64,000 nucleotides of DNA, taken from Eledone cirrhosa (Eukaryota). The stretch covers positions 1,178,001-1,242,000 of the forward strand of contig OZ024749.1 of the NCBI GenBank assembly GCA_964016885.1. Reading direction: 5' to 3'. The translations under genes and the position numbers were made by a program. Under the pieces are notes generated by a model, which was not told the origin of the DNA, did not search any database, and worked only from the letters and a program-made list of their open reading frames with translations. Below are positions 22,801 through 34,246 of this stretch, piece after piece (position 1 is the first letter of the stretch; the number at the start of each line of letters is the position of its first letter).

Positions 22801-25629
22801 GGTGTCACAGTGGGACTGTCACACAAGACATTGGTCAACCTGTGACTATAGTAGACACTTGACCAAGGTGTCACAGTGGGACTGTCACACAAGACATTGG
22901 TCAACCTGTGACTATAGTAGACACTTGACCAAGGTGTCACAGTGGGACTGTCACACAAGACATTGGTCAACCTGTGACTATAGTAGACACTTGACCAAGG
23001 TGTCACAGTGGGACTGTCACACAAGACATTGGTCAACCTGTGACTATAGTAGACACTTGACCAAGGTGTCACAGTGGGACTGTCACACAAGACATTGGTC
23101 AACCTGTGACTATAGTAGACACTTGACCAAGGTGTCACAGTGGGACTGTCACACAAGACATTGGTCAACCTGTGACTATAGTAGACACTTGACCAAGGTG
23201 TCACAGTGGGACTGTCACACAAGACATTGGTCAACCTGTGACTATAGTAGACACTTGACCAAGGTGTCACAGTGGGACTGTCACACAAGACATTGGTCAA
23301 CCTGTGACTATAGTAGACACTTGACCAAGGTGTCACAGTGGGACTGTCACACAAGACATTGGTCAACCTGTGACTATAGTAGACACTTCACCAAGGTGTC
23401 ACAGTGGGACTGTCACACGAGACATTGGTCAACCTGTGACTATAGACACTTGACCAAGGTGTCACAGTGGGACTGTCACACAAGACATTGGTCAACCTGT
23501 GACTATAGTAGACACTTGACCAAGGTGTCACAGTGGGACTGTCACACAAGACATTGGTCAACCTGTGACTATAGTAGACACTTCAGCAAGGTGTCACAGT
23601 GGGACTGTCACACAAGACATTGGTCAACCTGTGACTAGAGTAGACACTTCAAGGTGTCACAGTGGGACTGTCACACAAGACATTGGTCAACCTGTGACTA
23701 TAGTAGACACTTCAGCAAGGTGTCACAGTGGGACTGTCACACAAGACATTGGTCAACCTGTGACTATAGTAGACACTTGACCTAGGTGTCACAGTGGGAC
23801 TGTCACACAAGACATTGGTCAACCTGTGACTATAGTAGACACTTCACCAAGGTGTCACAGTGGGACTGTCACACAAGACATTGGTCAACCTGTGACTATA
23901 GTAGACACTTCACCAAGGTGTCACAGTGGGACTGTCACACAAGACATTGGTCAACCTGTGACTAGAGTAGACACTTCAGCAAGGTGTCACAGTGGGACTG
24001 TCACACAAGACATTGGTCAACCTGTGACTATAGTAGACACTTGACCAAGGTGTCACAGTGGGACTGTCACACAAGACATTGGTCAACCTGTGACTATAGT
24101 AGACACTTCACCAAGGTGTCACAGTGGGACTGTCACACAAGACATTGGTCAACCTGTGACTATAGTAGACACTTGACCAAGGTGTCACAGTGGGACTGTC
24201 ACACAAGACATTGGTCAACCTGTGACTAGAGTAGACACTTGACCAAGGTGTCACAGTGGGACTGTCACACAAGACATTGGTCAACCTGTGACTATAGTAG
24301 ACACTTCACCAAGGTGTCACAGTGGGACTGTCACACAAGACATTGGTCAACATGTGACTAGAGTAGACACTTCAAGGTGTCACAGTGGGACTGTCACACA
24401 AGACATTGGTCAACCTGTGACTATAGTAGACACTTCACCAAGGTGTCACAGTGGGACTGTCACACAAGACATTGGTCAACCTGTGACTATAGTAGACACT
24501 TGACCAAGGTGTCACAGTGGGACTGTCACACAAGACATTGGTCAACCTGTGACTATAGTAGACACTTCAGCAAGGTGTCACAGTGGGACTGTCACACAAG
24601 ACATTGGTCAACCTGTGACTATAGTAGACACTTCACCAAGGTGTCACAGTGGGACTGTCACACAAGACATTGGTCAACCTGTGACTATAGTAGACACTTG
24701 ACCAAGGTGTCGCAGTGGGACTGTCACACAAGACATTGGTCAACCTGTGACTATAGTAGACACTTCACCAAGGTGTCACAGTGGGACTGTCACACAAGAC
24801 ATTGGTCAACCTGTGACTATAGTAGACACTTGACCAAGGTGTCACAGTGGGACTGTCACACAAGACATTGGTCAACCTGTGACTATAGTAGACACTTCAG
24901 CAAGGTGTCACATTAGGACTGTCACACAAGACATTGGTCAACCTGTGACTATAGTAGACACTTGACCAAGGTGTCGCAGTGGGACTGTCACACAAGACAT
25001 TGGTCAACCTGTGACTATAGTAGACACTTCACCAAGGTGTCACAGTGGGACTGTCACACAAGACATTGGTCAACCTGTGACTATAGTAGACACTTGACCA
25101 AGGTGTCACAGTGGGACTGTCACACAAGACATTGGTCAACCTGTGACTATAGTAGACACTTGACCAAGGTGTCACAGTGGGACTGTCACACAAGACATTG
25201 GTCAACCTGTGACTATAGTAGACACTTCACCAAGGTGTCACAGTGGGACTGTCACACAAGACATTGGTCAACCTGTGACTATAGTAGACACTTGACCAAG
25301 GTGTCGCAGTGGGACTGTCACACAAGACATTGGTCAACCTGTGACTATAGTAGACACTTGACCAAGGTGTCACAGTGGGACTGTCACACAAGACATTGGT
25401 CAACCTGTGACTATAGTAGACACTTGACCAAGGTGTCACAGTGGGACTGTCACACAAGACATTGGTCAACCTGTGACTATAGTAGACACTTGACCAAGGT
25501 GTCACAGTGGGACTGTCACACGAGACATTGGTCAACCTGTGACTATAGTAGACACTTCAGCAAGGTGTCACAGTGGGACTGTCACACAAGACATTGGTCA
25601 ACCTGTGACTATAGTAGACACTTGACCAA
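16899..25629. repeat. 66-bp satellite array, about 132 monomers, with a ~4-kb higher-order duplication
   Basis: Monomer ACAAGACATTGGTCAACCTGTGACTATAGTAGACACTTGACCAAGGTGTCACAGTGGGACTGTCAC. Diagnostic variants recur at offsets of 4080 and 3816 bp. Confidence 0.98.
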
Positions 25630-25832
25630 TATAACACAACACACATAACACAACACACACACATAACACACACGTAACACACACATGGCACAACACACAC
25701 ACATACCAACACACACAACACAACACACACAAAACACACACATAACACACACATAACACAAGAAGTAACTATATGGTTGCATGAAATGTCAAAACAATAG
25801 TAAAGATTAAATAATTTAAGAACCTTTATCTT

Positions 25833-26650
25833 CTGTTGTATGAACCAACCAGATCACATATCAGCACTATCGAGTGGTCCCGTTGAGACATTAAATGGTT
25901 CTAAGGTAGTTGACATTTTGGTCCAGGCTATGCCATTACTGAAGACGAGGGTTTTTCTTCAGTAATGGCATAGCCTGGACAAAAAAGTCAACTACCTTAG
26001 AACCATTTAATGTCTCAATGGGACCACTTGATAGTGCTGATATATGTGATTTGGTTGGCTCATACAACAGTGTCATATACCTGCAATAGTCTATGAGGCT
26101 GAAGTTACATCTACTCAACCAAACCAACAGAAGGTCAAATCATGTGGGCATGGCGAAGGGCCGGTTTAAAGAATGCTTATTTAACCATCATACGATCTTT
26201 AGACACCCGGATAAATGATCCTCCACGAAGCTGGCAAGCCACATATAGTCACTCAAAGATGCAGATGTCGATTACTCCATTCAATGGAAATTTCTGACCA
26301 AATATAGGCCATACGGAAATGGGAATTTGTAGAGATTACATAATAGTACATGTCTCAATACAAGTTCTGATTTCTTTTAATTGCTGCCCCTACACTACAA
26401 AGTACATGTTACGTAAATACAAGGACCCAAACACTTCCGGTAGCAATCGTTAAGGGCCGTAACTATATGTGACAAAGCATATTGGTCAATGCTCTACCGA
26501 TTACTGCCAAGATATGTTTGTCACATATATCCTGTAATTGTTGTCATTATAATATGTCAGTGTAAGGACACTACTTTTTTTTATCAATCCAATCTTATGT
26601 GACAACCCAAATATAAACAACATTATTAATTGTTGAGTCAGTGTTCACAT
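25833..26650 (+). mobile_element. Penelope-like element remnant (RT motif joined to GIY-YIG endonuclease) with a 5' fold-back
   Basis: FFSNGIAWTKKSTTLEPFNVSMGPLDSADICDLVGSY resembles the PLE RT motif FDVTMGSxDGAExCELVGLY. It is followed by SVIY...HVGMAKGRFKECLFNHHTIFRHP...KLASHI*SLKDADVDYSIQWKFL (GIY-YIG-like). Confidence 0.8.
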
Positions 26651-27093
26651 TATAATACATAAATATATGTAAACAACTTTCTTATATATCTATCTATATA
26701 GAACTCTGTGATTGCTTGCTTGCCTGTAATGTAATACAGCCGAAAGGACACATAATGGGAAAATACTTTGAAAGGAAGTTGACCCTGAAATGTGAATACA
26801 AATGGAATAAAACAAGTTTTGTGTAAATCGGAGCACGGGTTCCTGAGATATGGGGTTTTTCCAGGTACCTTCATAAACAGAAAGAGAGAAGGATAGAGAG
26901 AAAGAGATAATGGTTGTGAGAGAGTAGATTGAAAGAGAGACATAGAGAGAGGAGAGGAAACTGAGAAGGAAAATGTAAGAGAGAAAGAGCTGGTGGTGTT
27001 GCTGAATGAAATTATAACTGATGACTTCAAAGAAACAAATATAGGATTACTGTATTCTGCTAAATAGAAAGGGTTTCTAAGTGTGTGTGTATG

Positions 27094-27132
<39 letters not shown>

Positions 27133-27255
27133 ATGATTTATTTATTTATATATATAATAATAATCATAGTAATAATAATAAATGCGAAGACTAAAATCCA
27201 AAGAGGGCTCGATAAGGATAAATATATATCAAATATTTAAGAACCCTAGTGCAAA

Positions 27256-27364
27256 TATTTATTAAAATAACAGATTAAAGTTTAAGCAAAGAATCGCTGC
27301 TTTCAAATTAAGAGTGAAAGCAGCGATTCTTTGCTTAAACTTTAATCTGTTATTTTAATAAATA
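27256..27364. repeat. Perfect 50-bp-arm hairpin with a 9-nt loop
   Basis: TATTTATTAAAATAACAGATTAAAGTTTAAGCAAAGAATCGCTGCTTTCA-aattaagag-exact reverse complement. Confidence 0.92.
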
Positions 27365-27844
27365 AATAAATAAATAAAAATATATATATATATATATATA
27401 TATATAATGTGTGTGTGTGTGTGTGAATGTGTGCATATGTGTGTGTGTATGTATGTATACACATATATATATATACAAGCCTTCCAATTTCATTTTACAT
27501 TATATACATGTCTGTGTATATTTTAATTATTTAAAAATTATTTTTAAGTGAACGTGACGTGGTCTAGTATATTATATTAATGGAACTTGAGCAAGCTTTT
27601 TTTACTATTGTTTTTTTCTTTTGTTTATGGAAACATGTTAGAAGAACAAAATTAATTAATTTTTGTCTTTGGTGTTTGTGTATGCATGGGTGTATGTGTA
27701 TGCGTATGTGTATTTGTGGGTGCATGTGTGTGTCCATGTCTGTATGTGTGTGTGTATACAGATTTTTTAATGATTTGTTTTTTTTACGTTTTCTCATAAA
27801 ATTTTTACTTTTATTGCAGCTTATTATTTGTTTTTTTTTTCTAG

Positions 27845-27935
27845 CACTTATTGACCCTGGAGAAGTGTCTCCCAGCCTTTTTACTACCAAGAACACCTTT
27901 AAATGAGTTTTTCCAGAAAACCCCAGACTTTTCAG
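27845..27935 (+). other. Candidate coding exon, unidentified
   Basis: Poly-T tract plus CTAG acceptor, CAG|GTTGAT donor, open frame HLLTLEKCLPAFLLPRTPLNEFFQKTPDFS, in unique sequence. Confidence 0.3.
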
Positions 27936-28329
27936 GTTGATATACAGCGAAAATAACAATTAAAAGAGAAAAATATTTATATTTAGAGAAAAACAGATGC
28001 CCAATGGAGGGGGAAAATATTTGAAAATATTAAAGGAAAACAATAAAACAAATATATCGTTAAATTTAATCCTGTCAGAGATATAAAACTAAAAAAACAA
28101 TATTTAACAACATGTTTCATTATTAAAACATGACCAAAAGAATCCAATTGTGAATACCAACAGCTGAAATGGAGTTCCTCTGAAGAGTCTATAGAATAAT
28201 TGTTTCTACTTTAGGCACAAGGCCAGCAATTACCCAGTGCATTACTGGTACTTTATTTTATCTACTCCGTAAGGATGAAAGGCAAAGTCAACCTCGGCGG
28301 GATTTGAACTCAGATCGTAGAATAATGTT

Positions 28330-28606
28330 ACTCAATAAAGTGCGTAACTCAGAGATGAGAGAATCACTCCAGGTAGAGCTGCTACTTCTCTGAATTGAGA
28401 GATCACAACTCTGATACTATGGGGATGTAGTTAGAATGTCGCAGGAAAGAATCACTGGACAGATTTTACTGGCAAAACCAACTGGCAGGAGACCCAGAGG
28501 TAGAACCCGAGCAAGGTGGTTGAATAATATCCATGAGTTTGGCTGGTCATGCTTGGGGATCCAGCCCCAATGACCTTCTCAGGAATAAGTGGGCGAAGAA
28601 GAAGAT
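28330..28606 (+). mobile_element. RTE (Rex3/Expander-like) LINE 3' fragment with (GAA)n tail
   Basis: KVRNSEMRESLQVE...IERSQL*YYGDVVRM...PTGRRPRGRTRARW; relative at 53741-54260 (-). Confidence 0.75.
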
Positions 28607-29888
28607 ATCTAATTTCCCTATGATGCCTTCTGCATGAAGAGCTTACAGTTAAGTGTGAGCTAACATAGCATGGTGAGCTTTCATCACCATATTTCTAATG
28701 AAAGACATTAAATATGATTTTGAACTCATTTTGAAAGCAAACAAGAATTTGGAGTGATTTCGTAACAAATAACTTTCTCGTTAATAAGCTGGTGTTTAGA
28801 GCATAGCAAAGGTTTCTACATAAATCTATGATGGAAAATGTTTAGACAAATGTGTATGGTCCCGTAACTCCTGAGGGAGTTGTGGGAGTGCCGTATTGAC
28901 ATACGTTTCTATGGCATTTCTTTTAAAACACTGGCAGAGCCCATCTCCTCTCCAGGTTTGAATACAGCAGATTTCTTCTAGAGACGGATAGAAAGAGCGA
29001 AAGAATGAAAGTGAGAAAGAGATATAGGGGAAGAATCAACCCCAGTACTAAACGGGTTCTTTTTTATTGACCTCGAATAGATTAAGGGCAAAGTTGACCT
29101 CGGTGGGATTTGAAATCAGAGGGTAGAAAATCGAAATGAATACCACAAAACATTCTAATGACTCCATCAATTCACCACCTAGATAAATATAAACACATTA
29201 AAACAGTTTTGTTTGATAGAACCTGGAGCGGCCACAGGGGTTAATAAATTAAATCAATTATTGTGTGTATCCCTGCTCCCCACCAGTCTGTCTACTAGTT
29301 CCCTACTGTAAGTGTATTCCAGTACTCTACATTGAGTATCCCAGTACCCTACTGTGTGTGTCTACCAGTTCCCTGCAGTGTGTATCTCCCAGTCCCCCAA
29401 TTCCCTACAGTGTATGTACCCTGTCTGTATCCCTGTTCCTTACTGTTAGGTACACTGTATCTCAACATGATGTGTCAGTTACTACAAAGGTTAGCACCAG
29501 CAAAGATAGAACACTGCCTTACACAATCCCATTTAATTCATGCCATCATGGAAAAGTAGACATTGTTATGATCATTATGGATGTGATGATGACATCTAAT
29601 ACTCTATCAACTTATAATCTTCCCACTTTTTATCTCCATTAATTTCTCATTCACAATCCTTATTAACTTCCATATATGGAAACGACATGAAACATTTTGA
29701 AGCTAATAATAATAATAATTTACAAAAGTAGTTTTAAATAACCAAATAAACAAATGAAATTTAATAATCATACCTGACCTTGTGAACAATGATGGTCCCT
29801 CTTTTTAAGCTGAGGGTAACTTCCACTATTGATTTCATTCTGTTTATTTCAGCTTAATCCAGATTAAACTTGACAATTCCTTAAGCCA

Positions 29889-30398
29889 TTGATACCTTTA
29901 TATGGTACATATTAACTGTTGTTACCTTTATATGGTACATATTAACTGTTGATACCTTTATATGGTACATATTAACTGTTGTTACCTTTATATGGTACAT
30001 ATTAACTGTTGTTACCTTTATATGGTACATATTAACTGTTGTTACCTTTATATGGTACATATTAACTGTTGATACCTTTATATGGTACATATTAACTGTT
30101 GTTACCATTATATGGTACATATTAACTGTTGTTACCTTTATATGGTACATATTAACTGTTGTTACCTTTATATGGTACATATTAACTGTTGTTACCTTTA
30201 TATGGTACATATTAACTGTTGTTACCTTTATATGGTACATATTAACTGTTGTTACCTTTATATGGTACATATTAACTGTTGTTACCTTTATATGGTACAT
30301 ATTAACTGTTGTTACCTTTATATGGTACATATTAACTGTTGTTACCTTTATATGGTACATATTAACTGTTGTTACCTTTATATGGTACATATTAACTT
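29889..30398. repeat. 30-bp minisatellite, about 17 copies
   Basis: TTGTTACCTTTATATGGTACATATTAACTG repeated. Confidence 0.97.
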
Positions 30399-30897
30399 TT
30401 AGTATTTTCATTACCATATTTCTTATGAAAATCACACACTGATTTTCAAATCATTTTCAAAATAATCAAGAATTTGGATGAATTTAGTAAATATAATTAA
30501 CTTTCTCAATATCAAGCTGGCATTTGAAATCTAATTTAAAGGTTGTTAGATAATTTAAAGGTTGTTAGAAGGCTTCCAGATAAACACTTTAACATAAACA
30601 GTTTTGTATGAGAACCTGAGGCAGTTTTAGGCAGTTTGGTATCCAGTAATGATTTAGCAGGAAATATTTTGAAATTATCATCATCATCATCATCATCTAA
30701 CATCCACTTTCTCTGCTAGCAAGAGTTGGGCGGGTCTACATAGACCAAGTCAGTACTGAAGTGGGGCTAACTAGCCTCCCAGACAGGCTGGGGGTGGGTG
30801 GGGTAAAATGGGTTTGTTGATTCAAATGTTTATAGTATCGTCACTACATAATAGATCATTATGAAAATTTGCAATATCAAAATAAAGACATCAATTT

Positions 30898-31115
30898 TTA
30901 GCTCTTTTGATACCAAACCACCTGAAACCAGCCCTAGTTTCAAGCAGTTTATTTTATAATGTTTATATTTATCTAAAAACCTATAATAATTTAAGGTAAG
31001 AAACTTTATGTTCCAAAAGCCAGTTTAATAAAGAGCAAGTTATATTACTAAATCTCTTGAAATTCTAGATTAAAGGCAGTGTCTTTCATAAGAAATGTGA
31101 AAATAAAAGGGTTAA
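30898..31115. mobile_element. Degenerate piggyBac-type MITE, second family
   Basis: Ends ...AAAGGG|TTAA; left end CTTTTGATACCAAACCACCTGAAACC resembles the piggyBac subterminus at 59455-59525. Confidence 0.5.
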
Positions 31116-31562
31116 TGTGACATAGTACTGCTATTATATACTTTTCAAGAATTCACTAATGTAGTTTCATGTGGTATAGGATATTAAACATTAAGAATAT
31201 TTGCATCATTCAAGAGTTAGTTTTTTCCTATTTTGTCTAACGAACTCAAAAGTTTTCAATTAAACCTCCAGCTATACTCAATTTAAAGAAACTTTACAAT
31301 ACACAAAACAATACACAAAACAATACACAAAACAATACACAAAACAATTACACTAAGGACATTTCTACTATAAACAGAGAAAAGCTCTCTTAGTCTCCTG
31401 CCTCTATTCTTTCCAATGAAATAGGTGAATTTATTTCACACATGTTCAAAAGATAAGTCCTAATTACAAGAGAAATCTATTAACAAAGAAGATTATACCT
31501 TAATAAAAAAAATTATTAAATCAATATAGCTGAGCCTATATCAAGATAATACAATAATAATA

Positions 31563-31710
31563 GTTATTTCTGGTATAGGCACAAGGCCAGTAATTTTGGG
31601 GAGGGGATAATAATGATTTCTAGTATAGGCACAAGGCCAGTAATTTGGGGGAGGGGATAATAATGATTTCTAGTATAGGCACAAGGCCAGTAATTTGGGG
31701 AGGGGAAAGT
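31563..31710 (-). repeat. Triplicated SINE family 2 tail, about 50 bp x 3
   Basis: TTTCTAGTATAGGCACAAGGCCAGTAATTTGGGGGAGGGG repeated. Confidence 0.8.
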
Positions 31711-32754
31711 CGATATGAAAGGCAGATGATAATGAAAATAAATTTTGAAATCTTTGTAAATTTGTTGATTGCTCCCTAACCTCAAGGTCATTTAACACAT
31801 CTGTCAGATTTACAAAAAATGAACCATAATAATAATGATTTCTATGATAGGCACAAGGCCACAAATTTGGGGGAGCGGAAAGTCGATTAAATCGACCTCA
31901 GTGCATGACTGGTACTTTATTTTATCAATTACGTAACCATGAAAGGTAAAGCTAACCTTTGTAGGATTTGAACACAGAACGTAAAGGGCCATAACTCTGT
32001 GCTACAAAGCATGGTGTCTGACACTCTATAGATACTGCCAACCCTTAATAATGGGTTCTAATTGGAGCATTATACCAGTCATTTTCTTTTTTTTAGTGGA
32101 GAAAATAAAGTCCATTACAATGACCCTAGAACTGCTACTTTGTTTTATTGAGCTTGGAAAGATGAAAAGTTGACCTCAGCACCTGCAAAGTATTTTATCA
32201 GTCGCTCTACCAATTCTGACAATCTACCTATTTTTATTATTATAAGTTTCTGATTCAGGCACAAATCCAGCATGGAGGGGGGGGGGGGGGTTAAACCAAC
32301 CCTGGCAAATGACAGGTATCTTATCGGTCCCAGTGTGTTACTGGTACTTTATTTTATCGACCCCATAACGATGAAAGGTAAAGAGGTACTTTATTTTATC
32401 CACCTCCAAACAACAATAAAAATAATGATAATAAAATATTCAAACTTAGTAATTAAAAGCCAAATATGGCTTTAGTCTTTTTCAGTAAAATATTTTGCTT
32501 ATCTCTTTATAAGCATTAAAATATATTTTCTTTAGATTTTCAAATATTTTTCTTGATATCTGGAAATCAAATGTTATCTTTACCGTTTGTGGAAACTATG
32601 GAAATGTGTTACAAATGTCAGATTTCTTAATATTTTCCTTCTTTTGTGTTCAGTTTGTTTTAACATAGACAATCAAAAAATTTATTTCAGAGATGATAAT
32701 GAGACAATACATTAAAAAACTAAACAAATTATTATTATTATTATTATCATTATC

Positions 32755-33520
32755 TCTAACGCGTGTGTGGGTCTTTTTACATCACGGATCACAGGCCTCG
32801 CGCACCAGGCCTGAACAAAGTTTGCTTTACCGCCTTGGGTCCTATTTCCCTCTTGGACTCAACTCCCCTCCCCAATTTCTTTAATACCCCGTCTGTTATC
32901 ATACACACACTTGTACATTCACCCCTAGATTCCTATAGCTCTCTTATGGTCAGAAACATCTCTTACAACTAATACAGACCGACTATATATGCTCACTCTT
33001 CTTTTCACTTCACTGCTCTGTATACACACATACACACCCTTATATTAACATACTTTTGCTAATAGCTTCGTACTTACAAGCACACACACTTTTACTTACA
33101 TATACACACACAATTCTTCTTAGCTTCGCACGGACGTATAATAAAACACACACACACACACACACACATGCTTACGCACGTGCACAAGTATAGCTCTTTT
33201 TACAAAACGTTTTTGTTCCATTTCAGGTAGACGCGCTCCATCATCCACTTTTCTAAAAAATAAATCATACACAAAACGCCAGCATCAACAGTTTTGCAAG
33301 AGATGTCAACATGAATGGACCTGTTATTTTTATCTAAAGACATTTTTTCCAATTCCAACCCGCCCATCCCCTCAATCTATCTTATTTCTCATTCTTTCTT
33401 CTGATGAAGGACTAGCCTCTGAAACGTTAAGACCCTCTCCCTGCTATATCAAGCATTAACCTAATATATCCCTTCCATATACTGTACTGATTGTGTTGTT
33501 ATTTCTGTTTACATTTTACA
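32755..33520 (+). mobile_element. Penelope-like non-autonomous element or pLTR with minimal hammerhead at 33397-33432
   Basis: TCTT-CTGATGA-AGGACTAGCCTCT-GAAACGTT-AAGA; the 3' part is homologous to 9125-9310. Confidence 0.55.
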
Positions 33521-34246
33521 CATATATATATATATATATACACATATAGTTGAAAATTAAAGAACAAAACACAGGAGGCAATTGTACACAGTTATATTAG
33601 GTTCACGCTTGGTGGAAGTTGAGAAGGTTTCAAGTATGTTGAATAATTCAATATGAATTAAGATAAAATTTTACTTGATTTCCAACATCAAGTGTGCAGT
33701 TCTAATAATCTTGATATCCTAACAAAATTGTATGTCTTTTATACTAATTTATCTGGTTTCAGTTTCTGTCATTAGATTGTGGCCATGCCGGGGCACTGCT
33801 TTCAAGGGATTTTATTAATCCCAATACTTAGTGATTCAACAAATAGAGATTGATAAAATAAGTCGTGAATATACACACATAATAATTGTTTTTACTTTTG
33901 GCACAAGGCCAGCAATTACCTCACTGCATTACTGGTGCTTTATTTTATCAACCCCATAAAGATGAAAGGCAAAGTTAACTTCAGCAGGATTTGAACTCAG
34001 AACGTAAAGGGCCATAACTCTATGCTTCAAAACGTCTGACTCTACCAATACAGATGGCTGCATTTTGGTTTCGAGAATTGCCATTACTTCAACATTTTCT
34101 CAAACATTGGTGGCATGAACATGACCTTTTAGTCATTCCAAGGATTTAATGTCCTTTCTGAATATGCTGCAGCAAAAGAAAAAAGAAAAGATCATGCTCA
34201 TGCAATACATATGAAAGTTGTTTAGATCAAGTGATGCCTGTGCTTA

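Noticed and set aside
16899-25629. CRISPR-like array or giant repeat-protein gene
   Set aside because: Units are contiguous with no unique spacers and there are no cas genes. The ORFs follow from the 66-bp period and are broken by recurrent TAG variants.
29881-30435. 184-aa ORF (VNMYHIKVTT)n
   Set aside because: Translation of a 30-bp minisatellite.
34085-34168. Minus-strand exon with a strong polypyrimidine acceptor
   Set aside because: All three frames hit stops within about 40 nt; at most a non-coding exon.
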